NCBI GenBank assembly: GCA_902783665.1 | Contig: CACZSG010000033.1 | Coordinates: 1 to 55,840, forward strand | DNA from: an uncultured Lachnospiraceae bacterium | GTDB lineage: Bacteria; Bacillota; Clostridia; Lachnospirales; Lachnospiraceae | DNA: 55,840 bases | Direction of reading: 5' to 3' | Shown: positions 29,593-39,693 of the stretch, in pieces | Layout: each line of letters begins with the position of its first letter | Position numbering within the stretch: position 1 is the first letter of the stretch | Notes under the pieces: model-generated | The model's database searches: none | What the model was told of the DNA's origin: nothing | Seen by the model: the letters and a program-made list of their open reading frames with translations, nothing else | Position numbers and translations under genes: made by a program

Positions 29593-31656
29593 ATGCTTGA
29601 AAAATCAGACTCCGGCAGGGCACAGGTAAAATACGGAGGCAGTCTGCTGCGGCACTGGTTCTGGTGTGTTCTGATGCTTGTGTTCCTGATCGGCCTGACG
29701 GCGGTCGTGCTGTATGTCGACCGGAAGGCAGGTGCGATCGTCGGAATCTTTTCCGTGGTCCTTTACGGAATCCTGTTCGCGATGGACATTTTCTATAAAC
29801 CCAGAGTGCTGCAGGAACTGATCGAGTTCTCACAGGGGTATGCCCAGGTCCAGAAAGAGATGATGGACGAGTTCGCTGTGCCTTATGGCCTGGCGGAGCC
29901 GAACGGCCGCATGCTGTGGATGAACCATGCCATGGTGGAACTGACCGGGAAAGAACCTTATTATCATAAGAACATCTGGGACCTGTTTCCCAGACTGCAG
30001 GACCTGCTCCAGGAAACGGAAGAAACAGCGGAGAAGGAGATCCTGTATCAGGACCGCACGTACCGGGTCGTTCTGAGGCGTGTGGAAATGAATGAACTCC
30101 TGGACAATTCGGCGATCACCCAGAGGACAGCCGAAAACAGCAGCATCATTTCGCTGCACTTTTTTGACACGACCGAGCTGATGTGCTACCGCCGTGAAAA
30201 CTTTGAACAGAAGCAGGTCGTCGGAAATATCTACATTGACAACTATGAAGAGGTCATGGAGAGCGTGGAGGACATCCGCAGATCCATGCTGGGCGCTCTT
30301 CTGGAACGCCGTATCCATAAATATGTCTCCTCGATGGGGGGCCTGTGCCGCAGAATGGAGCGGGACAAATACTTTATGGTGATCACCCGGAAGGGCCTGG
30401 AAGCCATGAAGGAAGACAAGTTCTCCCTTCTGGAGGATATCAAGACCGTGAGCATGGGAAATTCCATGCAGGCCACGGTCAGTATCGGTCTGGGACTGGA
30501 AAACGGCAGTTATATTCAGGACAGCGATGCGGCCCGAAGCTCCATCGAGATGGCGCTGGCCCGCGGAGGCGACCAGGTCGTCATGAAGCAGGCCGACAAA
30601 ATGCAGTTTTTCGGCGGAAAGACGCAGCATGCGGAGCGGAATACCCGCGTGCGTGCCAGGGTAAAGGCCCAGGCGCTGAAAGAAGTGATCGGCAGCTGCG
30701 ACCATGTGCTTGTCATGGGACACCGGATCACGGATATCGATTCCCTCGGTGCGGCCGTAGGCATAGCGCGGATATCCGCGCATCTCGGGAAGAAAGCACA
30801 TATCGTGCTCGGAGAGATCAACAGCAGCATCCGGCAGTGGGTCATCGAACTGAAGGAGAGCGGAGAGTACGACCCGGACTACTTTATCAACCATGCCCAG
30901 GCCATTGAGATGACCGGCCAGCACTCTGCTGTTATCGTGGTGGATACCAACCGCCCCAGCATGGTGGAGTGCAGCGAGATCCTTTCGCAGACCAGGATCA
31001 TTGTGGTACTGGATCATCACAGGCAGACAACCGAACAGATCGAACATGCGTCGCTCTCTTATATAGAACCTTCTGCTTCGTCCGCCTGCGAGATGGTCTC
31101 CGAGATCCTGCAGTATACGGACGATGAGATCCCGCTGAAACCGCGGGAGGCAGACTGTCTGTATGCCGGCATCGTGGTGGATACCAACAACTTTGTGGCC
31201 AAGACCGGCAGCCGCACTTTTGAAGCGGCGGCGTTCCTGCGCAAAAACGGGGCTGATGTGACCCGCGTCCGCAAGTCGTTCAGGAACGATATGGATACCT
31301 ATAAAGCCAGGGCGGAAGCAGTCCGCGGCGCGGAAGCCTATATGGGCGTGTACGCGATCAGCGTATGCCCGTCGCAGGGGCTTGAAAACCCGACCGTGGT
31401 CGGAGCTCAGGCGGCAAACGAGCTTCTGAATATTATCGGTGTCAGGGCTTCCTTTGTACTGACGGATTTTGACGGAAAGATCTATATCAGTGCCCGGGCC
31501 ATCGACGAAGTGAATGTACAGCTGATCATGGAGCGGCTCGGCGGCGGAGGGCATATGAACATTGCCGGCGCACAGCTTCCGGGCGTGTCCGTGGACGAGG
31601 CCAGGGAAAGACTGAAGGAAGTTCTGAAAAAAATGACGGAAGAAGGAGAATTGTAA
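29593..31656 (+). CDS. gdpP: Cyclic-di-AMP phosphodiesterase GdpP (DHH/DHHA1)
   Basis: 2 TMs, PAS-like region, degenerate GGDEF 'RGGDQVV', 'GH..D.DSLG', 'LDHH', 'GGGGH'; upstream of rplI-dnaB. Confidence 0.92.
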   Translation: MLEKSDSGRAQVKYGGSLLRHWFWCVLMLVFLIGLTAVVLYVDRKAGAIVGIFSVVLYGILFAMDIFYKPRVLQELIEFSQGYAQVQKEMMDEFAVPYGLAEPNGRMLWMNHAMVELTGKEPYYHKNIWDLFPRLQDLLQETEETAEKEILYQDRTYRVVLRRVEMNELLDNSAITQRTAENSSIISLHFFDTTELMCYRRENFEQKQVVGNIYIDNYEEVMESVEDIRRSMLGALLERRIHKYVSSMGGLCRRMERDKYFMVITRKGLEAMKEDKFSLLEDIKTVSMGNSMQATVSIGLGLENGSYIQDSDAARSSIEMALARGGDQVVMKQADKMQFFGGKTQHAERNTRVRARVKAQALKEVIGSCDHVLVMGHRITDIDSLGAAVGIARISAHLGKKAHIVLGEINSSIRQWVIELKESGEYDPDYFINHAQAIEMTGQHSAVIVVDTNRPSMVECSEILSQTRIIVVLDHHRQTTEQIEHASLSYIEPSASSACEMVSEILQYTDDEIPLKPREADCLYAGIVVDTNNFVAKTGSRTFEAAAFLRKNGADVTRVRKSFRNDMDTYKARAEAVRGAEAYMGVYAISVCPSQGLENPTVVGAQAANELLNIIGVRASFVLTDFDGKIYISARAIDEVNVQLIMERLGGGGHMNIAGAQLPGVSVDEARERLKEVLKKMTEEGEL

Positions 31657-31658
31657 AT

Positions 31659-32105
31659 ATGAAAGTAATACTGCTTGAAGATGTTAAAACAGTCGGAAAA
31701 AAGGGCGAGATCGTTGACGTGAGCGACGGCTACGCAAGAAATGTGCTGATCCGTAAGGGCCAGGCAAAGCAGGCGACCGGAAAGAACATGAACGACCTGA
31801 AACTGCAGCAGGCCAATGCCCAGAAAATGGCCCAGGAAGCACTGGATGCCGCCAGAAAACTGGGGGAGGAGATGCACGACAAGACGATCAAAGTCGCTGT
31901 CAAGACCGGCGAAGGCGGACGCATCTTCGGATCTGTTTCTTCAAAGGAAATTGCGGAAGAACTGAAGGCTCAGCTGAACTACGACGTGGACAAGAAGAAA
32001 ATCCAGCTGGATACGCCGCTGAAGGCCCTCGGCATGCATACGGTGGAGATCAAGCTGCATCCGCAGGTGACCACATCTGTTTTTGTTCTGCTGACAGAGG
32101 CATAA
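31659..32105 (+). CDS. rplI: 50S ribosomal protein L9
   Basis: MKVILLEDV..GKKGEIV.V.DGYARN, GRIFGSV. Confidence 0.97.
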   Translation: MKVILLEDVKTVGKKGEIVDVSDGYARNVLIRKGQAKQATGKNMNDLKLQQANAQKMAQEALDAARKLGEEMHDKTIKVAVKTGEGGRIFGSVSSKEIAEELKAQLNYDVDKKKIQLDTPLKALGMHTVEIKLHPQVTTSVFVLLTEA

Positions 32106-32109
32106 TTAT

Positions 32110-33438
32110 ATGGAAGAAACATTACTCAAGCGGGTCATGCCCCACAGTGTGGAGGCAGAGCAGTCGGTGATCGGCGCCATGCTCATGGACCCGGATGCCA
32201 TCACCATTGCCACCGAACTGATCGGCCCGGACGACTTTTACCAGAAGCAGTACGGGGTTCTGTTCGAGGCGATCACTGAGCTGTACGAGGAAGGAAGCGC
32301 CGTGGACCTGGTCACGCTGCAGAACCGGCTTCGCGAGAAAGACGTGCCGCCGGAGGTCAGCAGCCTGGAGTTTGTCCGGGAAATGATCGCCATGGTGCCC
32401 ACGTCCGCCAATATCCGCTCCTACGCGCAGATCGTACAGGAAAAATCCCAGCTGCGGAGCATGATCCGGGTAAATGAGGAGATCGCCGCAACCTGCTATG
32501 CGGACCACGACGGCGTGGAAGACATTATGGAGGAGACGGAAAAGAAGATCTTCCAGGTCCTCCAGAAGCGCAGCGGAGATTCCTTCGTCCCCATCAAGGA
32601 AGTGGTGCTGAACGCTCTGGACAAGATAGAAGCGGCCAGCCGGATGAAGGGGAATGTCACAGGCCTGGCCACGGGGTTCACGGATCTGGATTATCAGACC
32701 TCCGGTTTTCAGCCCTCCGACCTGATCCTCATCGCCGCCCGTCCGTCCATGGGCAAAACTGCTTTTGTGCTGAACATCGCAGAATATATGGCATTTCGAA
32801 AAGATGTGACGGTTGCACTGTTCTCCCTGGAGATGTCCAAGGAACAGCTGATGAACCGTCTGTTTTCGCTGGAATCAAACGTGGATTCCCAGGTTTTAAG
32901 GACCGGCAACCTCAGTGACAACGACTGGGCCAGTCTGATCGAGGCAGCAGGTGTGATCGGAAATTCCAATCTGATCATTGACGATACCCCGGGTATTTCC
33001 ATCAGTGAGCTGCGCAGCAAATGCCGCAAGTTCAAGCTGGAGCATAACCTGGGGATTATTATGATCGACTATCTGCAGCTGATGCAGGGGGGAAAGCGGG
33101 CGGAATCAAGACAGCAGGAAATCTCGGAGATCTCCCGTTCGCTGAAAGCGATCGCCAGGGAACTTCAGGTGCCCGTTGTCGCCCTTTCGCAGCTGTCCCG
33201 CGCCGTGGAACAGCGCCCGGACCACCGCCCGATGCTTTCTGACCTGCGTGAATCGGGTGCCATCGAGCAGGATGCCGACGTCGTCATGTTCCTCTACAGG
33301 GATGACTACTATCATCACGATACGGAAAAGAAAGATATAGCGGAAGTGATCATTGCAAAACAGAGAAACGGCCCCATCGGGACGATCGAGCTGGCATGGC
33401 TGCCGCGCCTTACAAAATTCGGAAGTTTGAAAAAATAA
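32110..33438 (+). CDS. dnaB: Replicative DNA helicase
   Basis: PHSVEAEQSV, AARPSMGKT, IDYLQLM, LSQLSR, DLRESGAIEQDAD, KQRNGP. Confidence 0.97.
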   Translation: MEETLLKRVMPHSVEAEQSVIGAMLMDPDAITIATELIGPDDFYQKQYGVLFEAITELYEEGSAVDLVTLQNRLREKDVPPEVSSLEFVREMIAMVPTSANIRSYAQIVQEKSQLRSMIRVNEEIAATCYADHDGVEDIMEETEKKIFQVLQKRSGDSFVPIKEVVLNALDKIEAASRMKGNVTGLATGFTDLDYQTSGFQPSDLILIAARPSMGKTAFVLNIAEYMAFRKDVTVALFSLEMSKEQLMNRLFSLESNVDSQVLRTGNLSDNDWASLIEAAGVIGNSNLIIDDTPGISISELRSKCRKFKLEHNLGIIMIDYLQLMQGGKRAESRQQEISEISRSLKAIARELQVPVVALSQLSRAVEQRPDHRPMLSDLRESGAIEQDADVVMFLYRDDYYHHDTEKKDIAEVIIAKQRNGPIGTIELAWLPRLTKFGSLKK

Positions 33439-33488
33439 AAACCTGCCGGGCAGATGATACCGAAGGAAAAGAAACCTGCCGGGCAGAT
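33439..33488 (+). repeat. 17-bp direct repeat x2 (33-bp period)
   Basis: aaacctgccgggcagat at 33439-33455 and 33472-33488. Confidence 0.8.
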
Positions 33489-33508
33489 AATCAGGAGATT
33501 GATCAGGT

Positions 33509-34870
33509 ATGAAAATCATTATTGTAGGTCTTGGAAAAGTAGGGTCGACACTGGCAGCAGAACTGAGCCGGGAAGGAAACGACCTGACGGTCATCGACAA
33601 CCGGGAAGCCGTGGTGGAGGCTTTTTCGAGCCAGTATGATATTATGGGCATCTGTGGAAACGGTGTCAGTTATTCTGTTCAGATGGAGGCGGGCATCACC
33701 GAAGCGGATCTGATGATCGCGGTGACCGGGTCGGACGAGTTCAACCTGCTTTGCTGTCTGATCGCCAGAAAAGCCGGAAACTGCCATACCATCGCCAGAG
33801 TGCGAAACCCTCAGTACAGCACAGAGCTTGCCTATATTCAGGAGGAGCTTGCGCTGGCCATGGTGATCAATCCCGAGCTGGCAGCTGCCGATGAGATCGC
33901 CAGGGTGCTGAAGTATCCTTCTGCCATCGATGTGGACAGCTTCAACAAGAGCCGGGTGGAACTGCTGAAGTTCCGGGTTCCGGAGGATTCGGTCCTGGAT
34001 GGCATGAGGGTCCTGGACATCCACTCCAGATTCCGCAAAAATATCCTGATCTGTACCATTGAGCGCGGAAACGAGCTGCTGATCCCCGGCGGAACCGACA
34101 AGCTTCAGGCCAGGGATCTGGTCTCCATTGCGGGATCCGCGTCCGAAGCGAACGACTTCTTCCGTCAGATCGGCCTTGTTACGAACCAGATTAAGTCCAT
34201 CATTCTGGCGGGCGGCGGTACGCTTTCCTACTATCTGGCGAAGATCCTGAGCGCTTCCGGCATTAAGGTGAAGATCATCGAGAAGAATGAAAAACGGTGT
34301 GAAGAACTGTGCATGCTTCTTCCCAAAGTCTCGGTCGTCAACGGGGATCCCCTGAACAAGGAACTGATGCTGGAAGAAGGACTCCGGCATGCCGAGGCCT
34401 TTGCCGCCGTGACGGATATCGACGAGGAAAATATCCTGCTCTCCCTGTATGCCAAAAAGGTAGGGAAGATGAAGGTCGTCACCCAGATCAAGCGCATCAG
34501 ATTTGACGAAGTACTGTCCGACCTGGATCTTGATACGGTGGTATATCCCAAGAGTATTACGGCTGAACACATACTGCGCTACGTGCGCTCCATGAATAAC
34601 TCCCTGAACAGCAACGTGGAGACCCTGCACCGCATCATCAACAACAAGGCGGAGGCACTGGAATTCTATGTGCGTGAAGAATCCGAAGTGACAGGGAAGA
34701 CTCTGCAGGAACTGAAGATCCGGAAGGGGATCCTGATTGCCAGCATTACCAGGAACAATGGCAAGGTACTGATCCCCCGGGGCCAGGATATGATCCAGAG
34801 AGGGGATACGGTGATCGTGATCACCCGGATCAACGGCCTGAATGATTTGAGAGATATTCTGGAGAGATAA
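33509..34870 (+). CDS. trkA: Trk potassium uptake regulatory subunit TrkA
   Basis: MKIIIVGLGKVG, AVTGSDE.N, INPE, two RCK_N/RCK_C repeats. Confidence 0.93.
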   Translation: MKIIIVGLGKVGSTLAAELSREGNDLTVIDNREAVVEAFSSQYDIMGICGNGVSYSVQMEAGITEADLMIAVTGSDEFNLLCCLIARKAGNCHTIARVRNPQYSTELAYIQEELALAMVINPELAAADEIARVLKYPSAIDVDSFNKSRVELLKFRVPEDSVLDGMRVLDIHSRFRKNILICTIERGNELLIPGGTDKLQARDLVSIAGSASEANDFFRQIGLVTNQIKSIILAGGGTLSYYLAKILSASGIKVKIIEKNEKRCEELCMLLPKVSVVNGDPLNKELMLEEGLRHAEAFAAVTDIDEENILLSLYAKKVGKMKVVTQIKRIRFDEVLSDLDLDTVVYPKSITAEHILRYVRSMNNSLNSNVETLHRIINNKAEALEFYVREESEVTGKTLQELKIRKGILIASITRNNGKVLIPRGQDMIQRGDTVIVITRINGLNDLRDILER

Positions 34871-34878
34871 CTGTCAAA

Positions 34879-36318
34879 ATGAATAACAAAATGATCGCCT
34901 ATATTTTAGGCTGGGTTTTAATATTTGAAGCGGCTCTGATGGCTCCGGCCCTGATCGTCAGCCTGATCTACCGGGAACAGGCCGGAGTTTTCATCCTGAT
35001 CAGCATCGGTCTCTGCCTTGCGGCAGGTTTTCTGCTGAGATGGAAGAAACCGGAGGATGCCAGTATCTATTCCAGGGACGGATTTGTGGCGGTGGCCCTC
35101 TCCTGGGTGGTCATCAGTCTGTTCGGTGCCGTTCCGTTCACTATTTCAGGGTATGTTCCGTTCTATATTGATGCTTTGTTCGAGACGGTTTCCGGATTTA
35201 CGACGACCGGTTCCAGTATTCTGACCAGTGTGGAGGCGTTGCCGAAGTGCCTTCTGTTCTGGCGGAGCTTTACCCACTGGGTAGGCGGCATGGGCGTGCT
35301 GGTCTTCCTGATGGCCATCGTGCCGCTGGCTGGCGGTACGAATATGTACATGATGAAGGCGGAGAGCCCGGGCCCTGTTGTCGGAAAACTGGTTCCGAAG
35401 GTGAAGGCCACGGCCGGCCTGCTCTATAAAATGTATCTTGGTCTGAGCGTCCTGGAACTGGTATTCCTGCTGGCAGGAAGAATGCCTGTGTTCGACTCGT
35501 TCTGTACGGTTTTCGGTACGGCCGGTACCGGAGGATTCGGTATCCTGAATGACAGTTTCGCCAGCTATTCGCCTTATGTGCAGGTGGTGGTGGCTCTGTT
35601 CATGATCGCGTTCGGCGTGAACTTCAGCTTCTACTATCTGATGGTTCAGAAAAAACCGAAGGCCGCTTTTGGCATGAGCGAGGTGAGGTTGTACCTGATC
35701 GTGATCGTGACAGCCATTACACTGATCACGGTGAATATCTGCACCGCCGGTATTTACGGGGTCCCGGAGGGAATCCGGCAGTCCCTGTTCCAGGTCGGAT
35801 CCATCATAACGACCACCGGTTTTGCTTCCGCGGACTTTAATCTGTGGCCATCGTTTTCCAAAACGATCCTGGTCCTGCTGATGTTCATGGGGGCCTGCGC
35901 GGGCAGTACGGGCGGCGGAATGAAGGTGTCACGTTTCATCATCTGGGGAAAGACGGTAAAGAAAGAACTGTATTCACTGATCCATCCCCACAGCGTGATG
36001 AAACTGAAAATGGACGGAAAGCTGGTGGAGCACGCGACGCTGCGTTCGGCCAATGTCTATCTGGTCACCTATTTCCTCATTTTTGCGGCATCCCTGCTGC
36101 TGATCTCGCTGGACAACTTCGATTTTACAACGAATTTCACGGCGGTAGCCGCCACCATCAACAACATCGGCCCGGGCCTGGAAGTGGTCGGTCCTACCGG
36201 CAACTTTTCCCAGTATTCAGCCTTCTCCAAGCTGGTCCTGTCCTTTGACATGCTGGTTGGAAGACTGGAACTGTTCCCGCTCCTGGTCCTCTTCATGAGA
36301 AGTACCTGGAAAGACTGA
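34879..36318 (+). CDS. trkH: Trk potassium uptake membrane subunit TrkH
   Basis: FETVSGFTTTG, GGMG, GTGGF, GACAGSTGGG.K, NNIGPG, GRLE. Confidence 0.93.
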   Translation: MNNKMIAYILGWVLIFEAALMAPALIVSLIYREQAGVFILISIGLCLAAGFLLRWKKPEDASIYSRDGFVAVALSWVVISLFGAVPFTISGYVPFYIDALFETVSGFTTTGSSILTSVEALPKCLLFWRSFTHWVGGMGVLVFLMAIVPLAGGTNMYMMKAESPGPVVGKLVPKVKATAGLLYKMYLGLSVLELVFLLAGRMPVFDSFCTVFGTAGTGGFGILNDSFASYSPYVQVVVALFMIAFGVNFSFYYLMVQKKPKAAFGMSEVRLYLIVIVTAITLITVNICTAGIYGVPEGIRQSLFQVGSIITTTGFASADFNLWPSFSKTILVLLMFMGACAGSTGGGMKVSRFIIWGKTVKKELYSLIHPHSVMKLKMDGKLVEHATLRSANVYLVTYFLIFAASLLLISLDNFDFTTNFTAVAATINNIGPGLEVVGPTGNFSQYSAFSKLVLSFDMLVGRLELFPLLVLFMRSTWKD

Positions 36319-36418
36319 TCCTGGTACAGATATTCCCCGCCTTCAATGACGCAACACAGTCAGGCGGGCCAGGGAGACTGCGGTCCGGCCGCGGTTCCGG
36401 CTGGCAGAAGGAGAAGAT

Positions 36419-37114
36419 ATGTATACAATTCTGGTTTGTGACGACGAAAAAGAAATCGTTGACGCCATCGAGATCTACCTGGCACAGGAAGGCTTCCGGG
36501 TGCTGAAGGCCTATGACGGTGAACAGGCCCTGGACCAGCTGAAAAAGAATGAGGTCCACCTGCTGATCCTCGATCTGATGATGCCGAAGATGGACGGGAT
36601 CCACGCGATCATGCAGATCCGCAAGACAAGCGGCATCCCGATCATTATCCTTTCTGCAAAATCACAGGATACGGACAAGGTGCTCGGACTGAACCTGGGG
36701 GCGGACGATTACATCTCAAAGCCCTTTAATCCGCTGGAACTGGTAGCCAGGGTAAAATCGCAGATCCGCAGATATACGGATCTGGGTTCCATTTCCCAGG
36801 ACAGCGGCGAAAAAATATACCGCACCGGCGGACTTGTGATCAACGACGACCGCAAGGAAGTGACCGTGGACGGAGAACCGGTCAAACTGACGCGGATCGA
36901 ATACAGCATCCTGCTGTTTCTGGTCAAGAACCAGGGGAAGGTCTTTTCCATCGAACAGATCTACGAGGAGATCTGGAAGGAAGAGGCATACGGTGCCGAC
37001 AATACGGTGACCGTTCATATCCGCCATATCAGAGAAAAGATCGAGATCGATCCCAAGAACCCGAAATATCTGAAGGTGATCTGGGGAATCGGCTATAAAG
37101 TGGAAAAGATCTGA
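36419..37114 (+). CDS. OmpR/PhoB family response regulator
   Basis: DDE, LDLMMP, GADDYISKPF, winged helix 'VHIRHIREKIE...WGIGY'. Confidence 0.94.
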   Translation: MYTILVCDDEKEIVDAIEIYLAQEGFRVLKAYDGEQALDQLKKNEVHLLILDLMMPKMDGIHAIMQIRKTSGIPIIILSAKSQDTDKVLGLNLGADDYISKPFNPLELVARVKSQIRRYTDLGSISQDSGEKIYRTGGLVINDDRKEVTVDGEPVKLTRIEYSILLFLVKNQGKVFSIEQIYEEIWKEEAYGADNTVTVHIRHIREKIEIDPKNPKYLKVIWGIGYKVEKI

Positions 37115-37116
37115 AA

Positions 37117-39450
37117 ATGAAAAACAAAAGAAAACTGAGTTATCCCGGCTATATACGGATTATTCTGGCTGTGGTCCAGACGGCTGCAATTCTTGTGCTT
37201 GCCGTCTGTGTCCACAGCATTCTGACCTGGAGGCAGGACTGGGGTGGACTGAGGGAAGCCGCCGGAGATTATCTGGAGACTTCCTTTTTCTTTCGCCGGG
37301 TGGATGAGATCCTGGATCATAAGATCCTGGGCCGGCAGAACCTGGAACTGTTCGAGTCGGACGGGGAATTCGACGACCTGAAGGAGATCGACATCCAGTC
37401 CTATGGTCTGCCGAATACCAATTATCAGGATCTGAACACCACCTACCTTGTCAAGGATCTGCTCGATTTTGACAGGAGCGGCGGCAGACAGGAACTTCAT
37501 GAGGCCATTGAAAAAGCAGTCCGGGACGGAAACCGGAACCATCCGGCCGGCGAGATCCTGGGAGATCAGTGGGAGAACCTGGAGACCATCCTTCCGGTCA
37601 CTGATATATCTCTGGCCGAATGTTCCAAGTGGTATACCAACTCCACGGATTTCATTCTGGAAATGTACCAGAAGCTGGATGAGGTCTGTGAGAGCATCTC
37701 GAGTGCCTATCAGGCCTACACTATGCTGCAGGATGAGAGCTGGTCCGAGGATGCGCCCAGCAATCTGCGGTACTGCATTCTGAACAAGGCCACCGGGGAG
37801 ATCTACACCAATCTGGAAGTCACCACTTTTGAGCAGGCGGAGAAAGCCCTTCCTGAACTGCCTGAATTCATGCCTCTGTTCAAGGGGGAGCGCAGCTACA
37901 ACGTGATGGTGGCAGACCAGGATGAAACGTACAGCGAAGCGGCACTGCTGTGGTTTCAGTCGGAACGTTTTGTGAGTACAAACGAAAAAGTGCTTCTTGC
38001 CGTCGATCCGTCGTTTCCTGTGATGGATGACCTGCAGACCGATTCCGAACAGTTCTCGCAGCTGGGCAGCAGGCTGATGGCCTGCACGGCAGCCGCGGTG
38101 CTCTCCCTGCTGGTACTGGTGGTATGCTTTCTTTTAAGCATCCTTTCAACGGGACATCTGGCCCCGCATCAGGAGACCCGCCTTTATTTTGTTGACAGGA
38201 TCCCCAGCGAGCTGGCGCTGGCGGCATACATGTTCCTGCTGATTCTCTTTGTCGTGGCCTTCAGGAGGGGGCCCGGCCCGCTGGGTCCGTATCTGACCAG
38301 GTACAGGATCCGTCTTGCCCTGATCGCGGCCGGCTACCTTGTTTTTCTTTCCGGATGCACCGGGCTTGCGCGCAGACTGCAGAGAAAGACACTCTGGAGC
38401 AACAGTATCTCCCGCATGCTCGTTCACAGCTGGCGGCAGGTGACCTCCACACGACTCCTTTCAGGGCGCTTCCTTGTTATTTACATCACTTTTTTTGCCC
38501 TGAATCTGCTTTTCCTTGTGATCTTCGGACGGGCAGGTGTCTTCCTTGTCCTGATCATGGACATTGTCGCGCTGCTTTATCTTCTGCGCGATCTGGTGGG
38601 CAAACAGAGCGTCTGGGAAGGCATACACAAGATCTCCCAGGGAAACCTGAGCTACAAGATCGATGTCACGCCGCTTCAGGGGGACACCTATGAAATGGCA
38701 AAAGCCATCAATGACATGGGCGACGGGCTGCAGGAAGCCGTCGATTCGCTTCTTAAGAATGAGAGACTGAAGGCGGAGCTGATCACCAACGTGTCCCACG
38801 ACCTGAAGACACCGCTTACCTCCATCGTCAATTACGTGGATCTGCTGAAAAAAGAAAATCCGCAGGGAGAGAACGTGCGGAAATACATCGAGATCCTGGA
38901 GCAGAAATCCCTCAGGCTGAAACAGCTGACAGAAGACCTGGTGGAGGCCAGCAGGATCAGTTCCGGAAACATCACGCTGGAAATGATGCGGCTGCCCTTT
39001 GAGGAGATTCTGCACCAGGCCTGCGGGGAGTTCGCGGACCGCTTTGACGAGAGACATCTGAAGACGGTGCTTTCCATCGATCAGGAAAAGCCCCTGTGGA
39101 TCATGGCGGACGGGAACCAGCTCTGGCGGGTCCTTGAGAACCTGATGAGCAATGTCTGCAAATACGCAAAAGAGGGGACCGACTTTTCCATCTCGCTGAA
39201 ACGTTCCGCACAGGATCACAGGATCGTCCTTGAGATGAAAAATGAAACGGACCAGGATCTTTTTGTGTCGGACGAGGATCTGACGGAACGTTTTGTCAGG
39301 GGCGACGTAAGCCGCCATACGGAAGGCAGCGGCCTTGGTCTTTCCATCGCAAAAAGCCTGGCGGAACTGATGGGCGGAACCCTGCAGATCCATACGCAGG
39401 AAAGGCAGTTCCTCGCGGTACTGTCCTTTGAAGATGCCGGTCAAAACTGA
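37117..39450 (+). CDS. Membrane sensor histidine kinase with large extracytoplasmic domain
   Basis: H-box SHDLKTPL, N-box ENLMSN, GSGLGL; multiple TMs. Confidence 0.92.
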   Translation: MKNKRKLSYPGYIRIILAVVQTAAILVLAVCVHSILTWRQDWGGLREAAGDYLETSFFFRRVDEILDHKILGRQNLELFESDGEFDDLKEIDIQSYGLPNTNYQDLNTTYLVKDLLDFDRSGGRQELHEAIEKAVRDGNRNHPAGEILGDQWENLETILPVTDISLAECSKWYTNSTDFILEMYQKLDEVCESISSAYQAYTMLQDESWSEDAPSNLRYCILNKATGEIYTNLEVTTFEQAEKALPELPEFMPLFKGERSYNVMVADQDETYSEAALLWFQSERFVSTNEKVLLAVDPSFPVMDDLQTDSEQFSQLGSRLMACTAAAVLSLLVLVVCFLLSILSTGHLAPHQETRLYFVDRIPSELALAAYMFLLILFVVAFRRGPGPLGPYLTRYRIRLALIAAGYLVFLSGCTGLARRLQRKTLWSNSISRMLVHSWRQVTSTRLLSGRFLVIYITFFALNLLFLVIFGRAGVFLVLIMDIVALLYLLRDLVGKQSVWEGIHKISQGNLSYKIDVTPLQGDTYEMAKAINDMGDGLQEAVDSLLKNERLKAELITNVSHDLKTPLTSIVNYVDLLKKENPQGENVRKYIEILEQKSLRLKQLTEDLVEASRISSGNITLEMMRLPFEEILHQACGEFADRFDERHLKTVLSIDQEKPLWIMADGNQLWRVLENLMSNVCKYAKEGTDFSISLKRSAQDHRIVLEMKNETDQDLFVSDEDLTERFVRGDVSRHTEGSGLGLSIAKSLAELMGGTLQIHTQERQFLAVLSFEDAGQN

Positions 39451-39566
39451 AAAATGTGTGAATTCTCCGGCCGTTTTATTGACAGACGGCAAATTGGGAG
39501 TAGACTGAATCTGGATTTAGCGATCCGGTTTCGGCGGATCCGTTTTGCTGAGACTGTAAGATTCTG

Positions 39567-39671
39567 AGCATATAAGAGCATGCTTACAGCATATATGATT
39601 ATGCTTACAACATATAAGATCATGCTTACAGAAGATAAGAGCATGTTGGCAGAATATAAGAGCATTTAAGA
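39567..39671 (+). repeat. ~5 x 21-bp tandem repeat
   Basis: agcatataagagcatgcttac / agcatatatgattatgcttac / aacatataagatcatgcttac / agaagataagagcatgttggc / agaatataagagcatttaaga. Confidence 0.9.
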
Positions 39672-39693
39672 TCTTAGGAGAAAGGAAATCATC

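Noticed and set aside
33439-33508. c-di-AMP (ydaO) riboswitch before trkA
   Set aside because: Spacer is only 70 bp and lacks the ydaO consensus
39567-39671. Possible CRISPR array
   Set aside because: Units are contiguous with no unique spacers, and no cas genes are in the window
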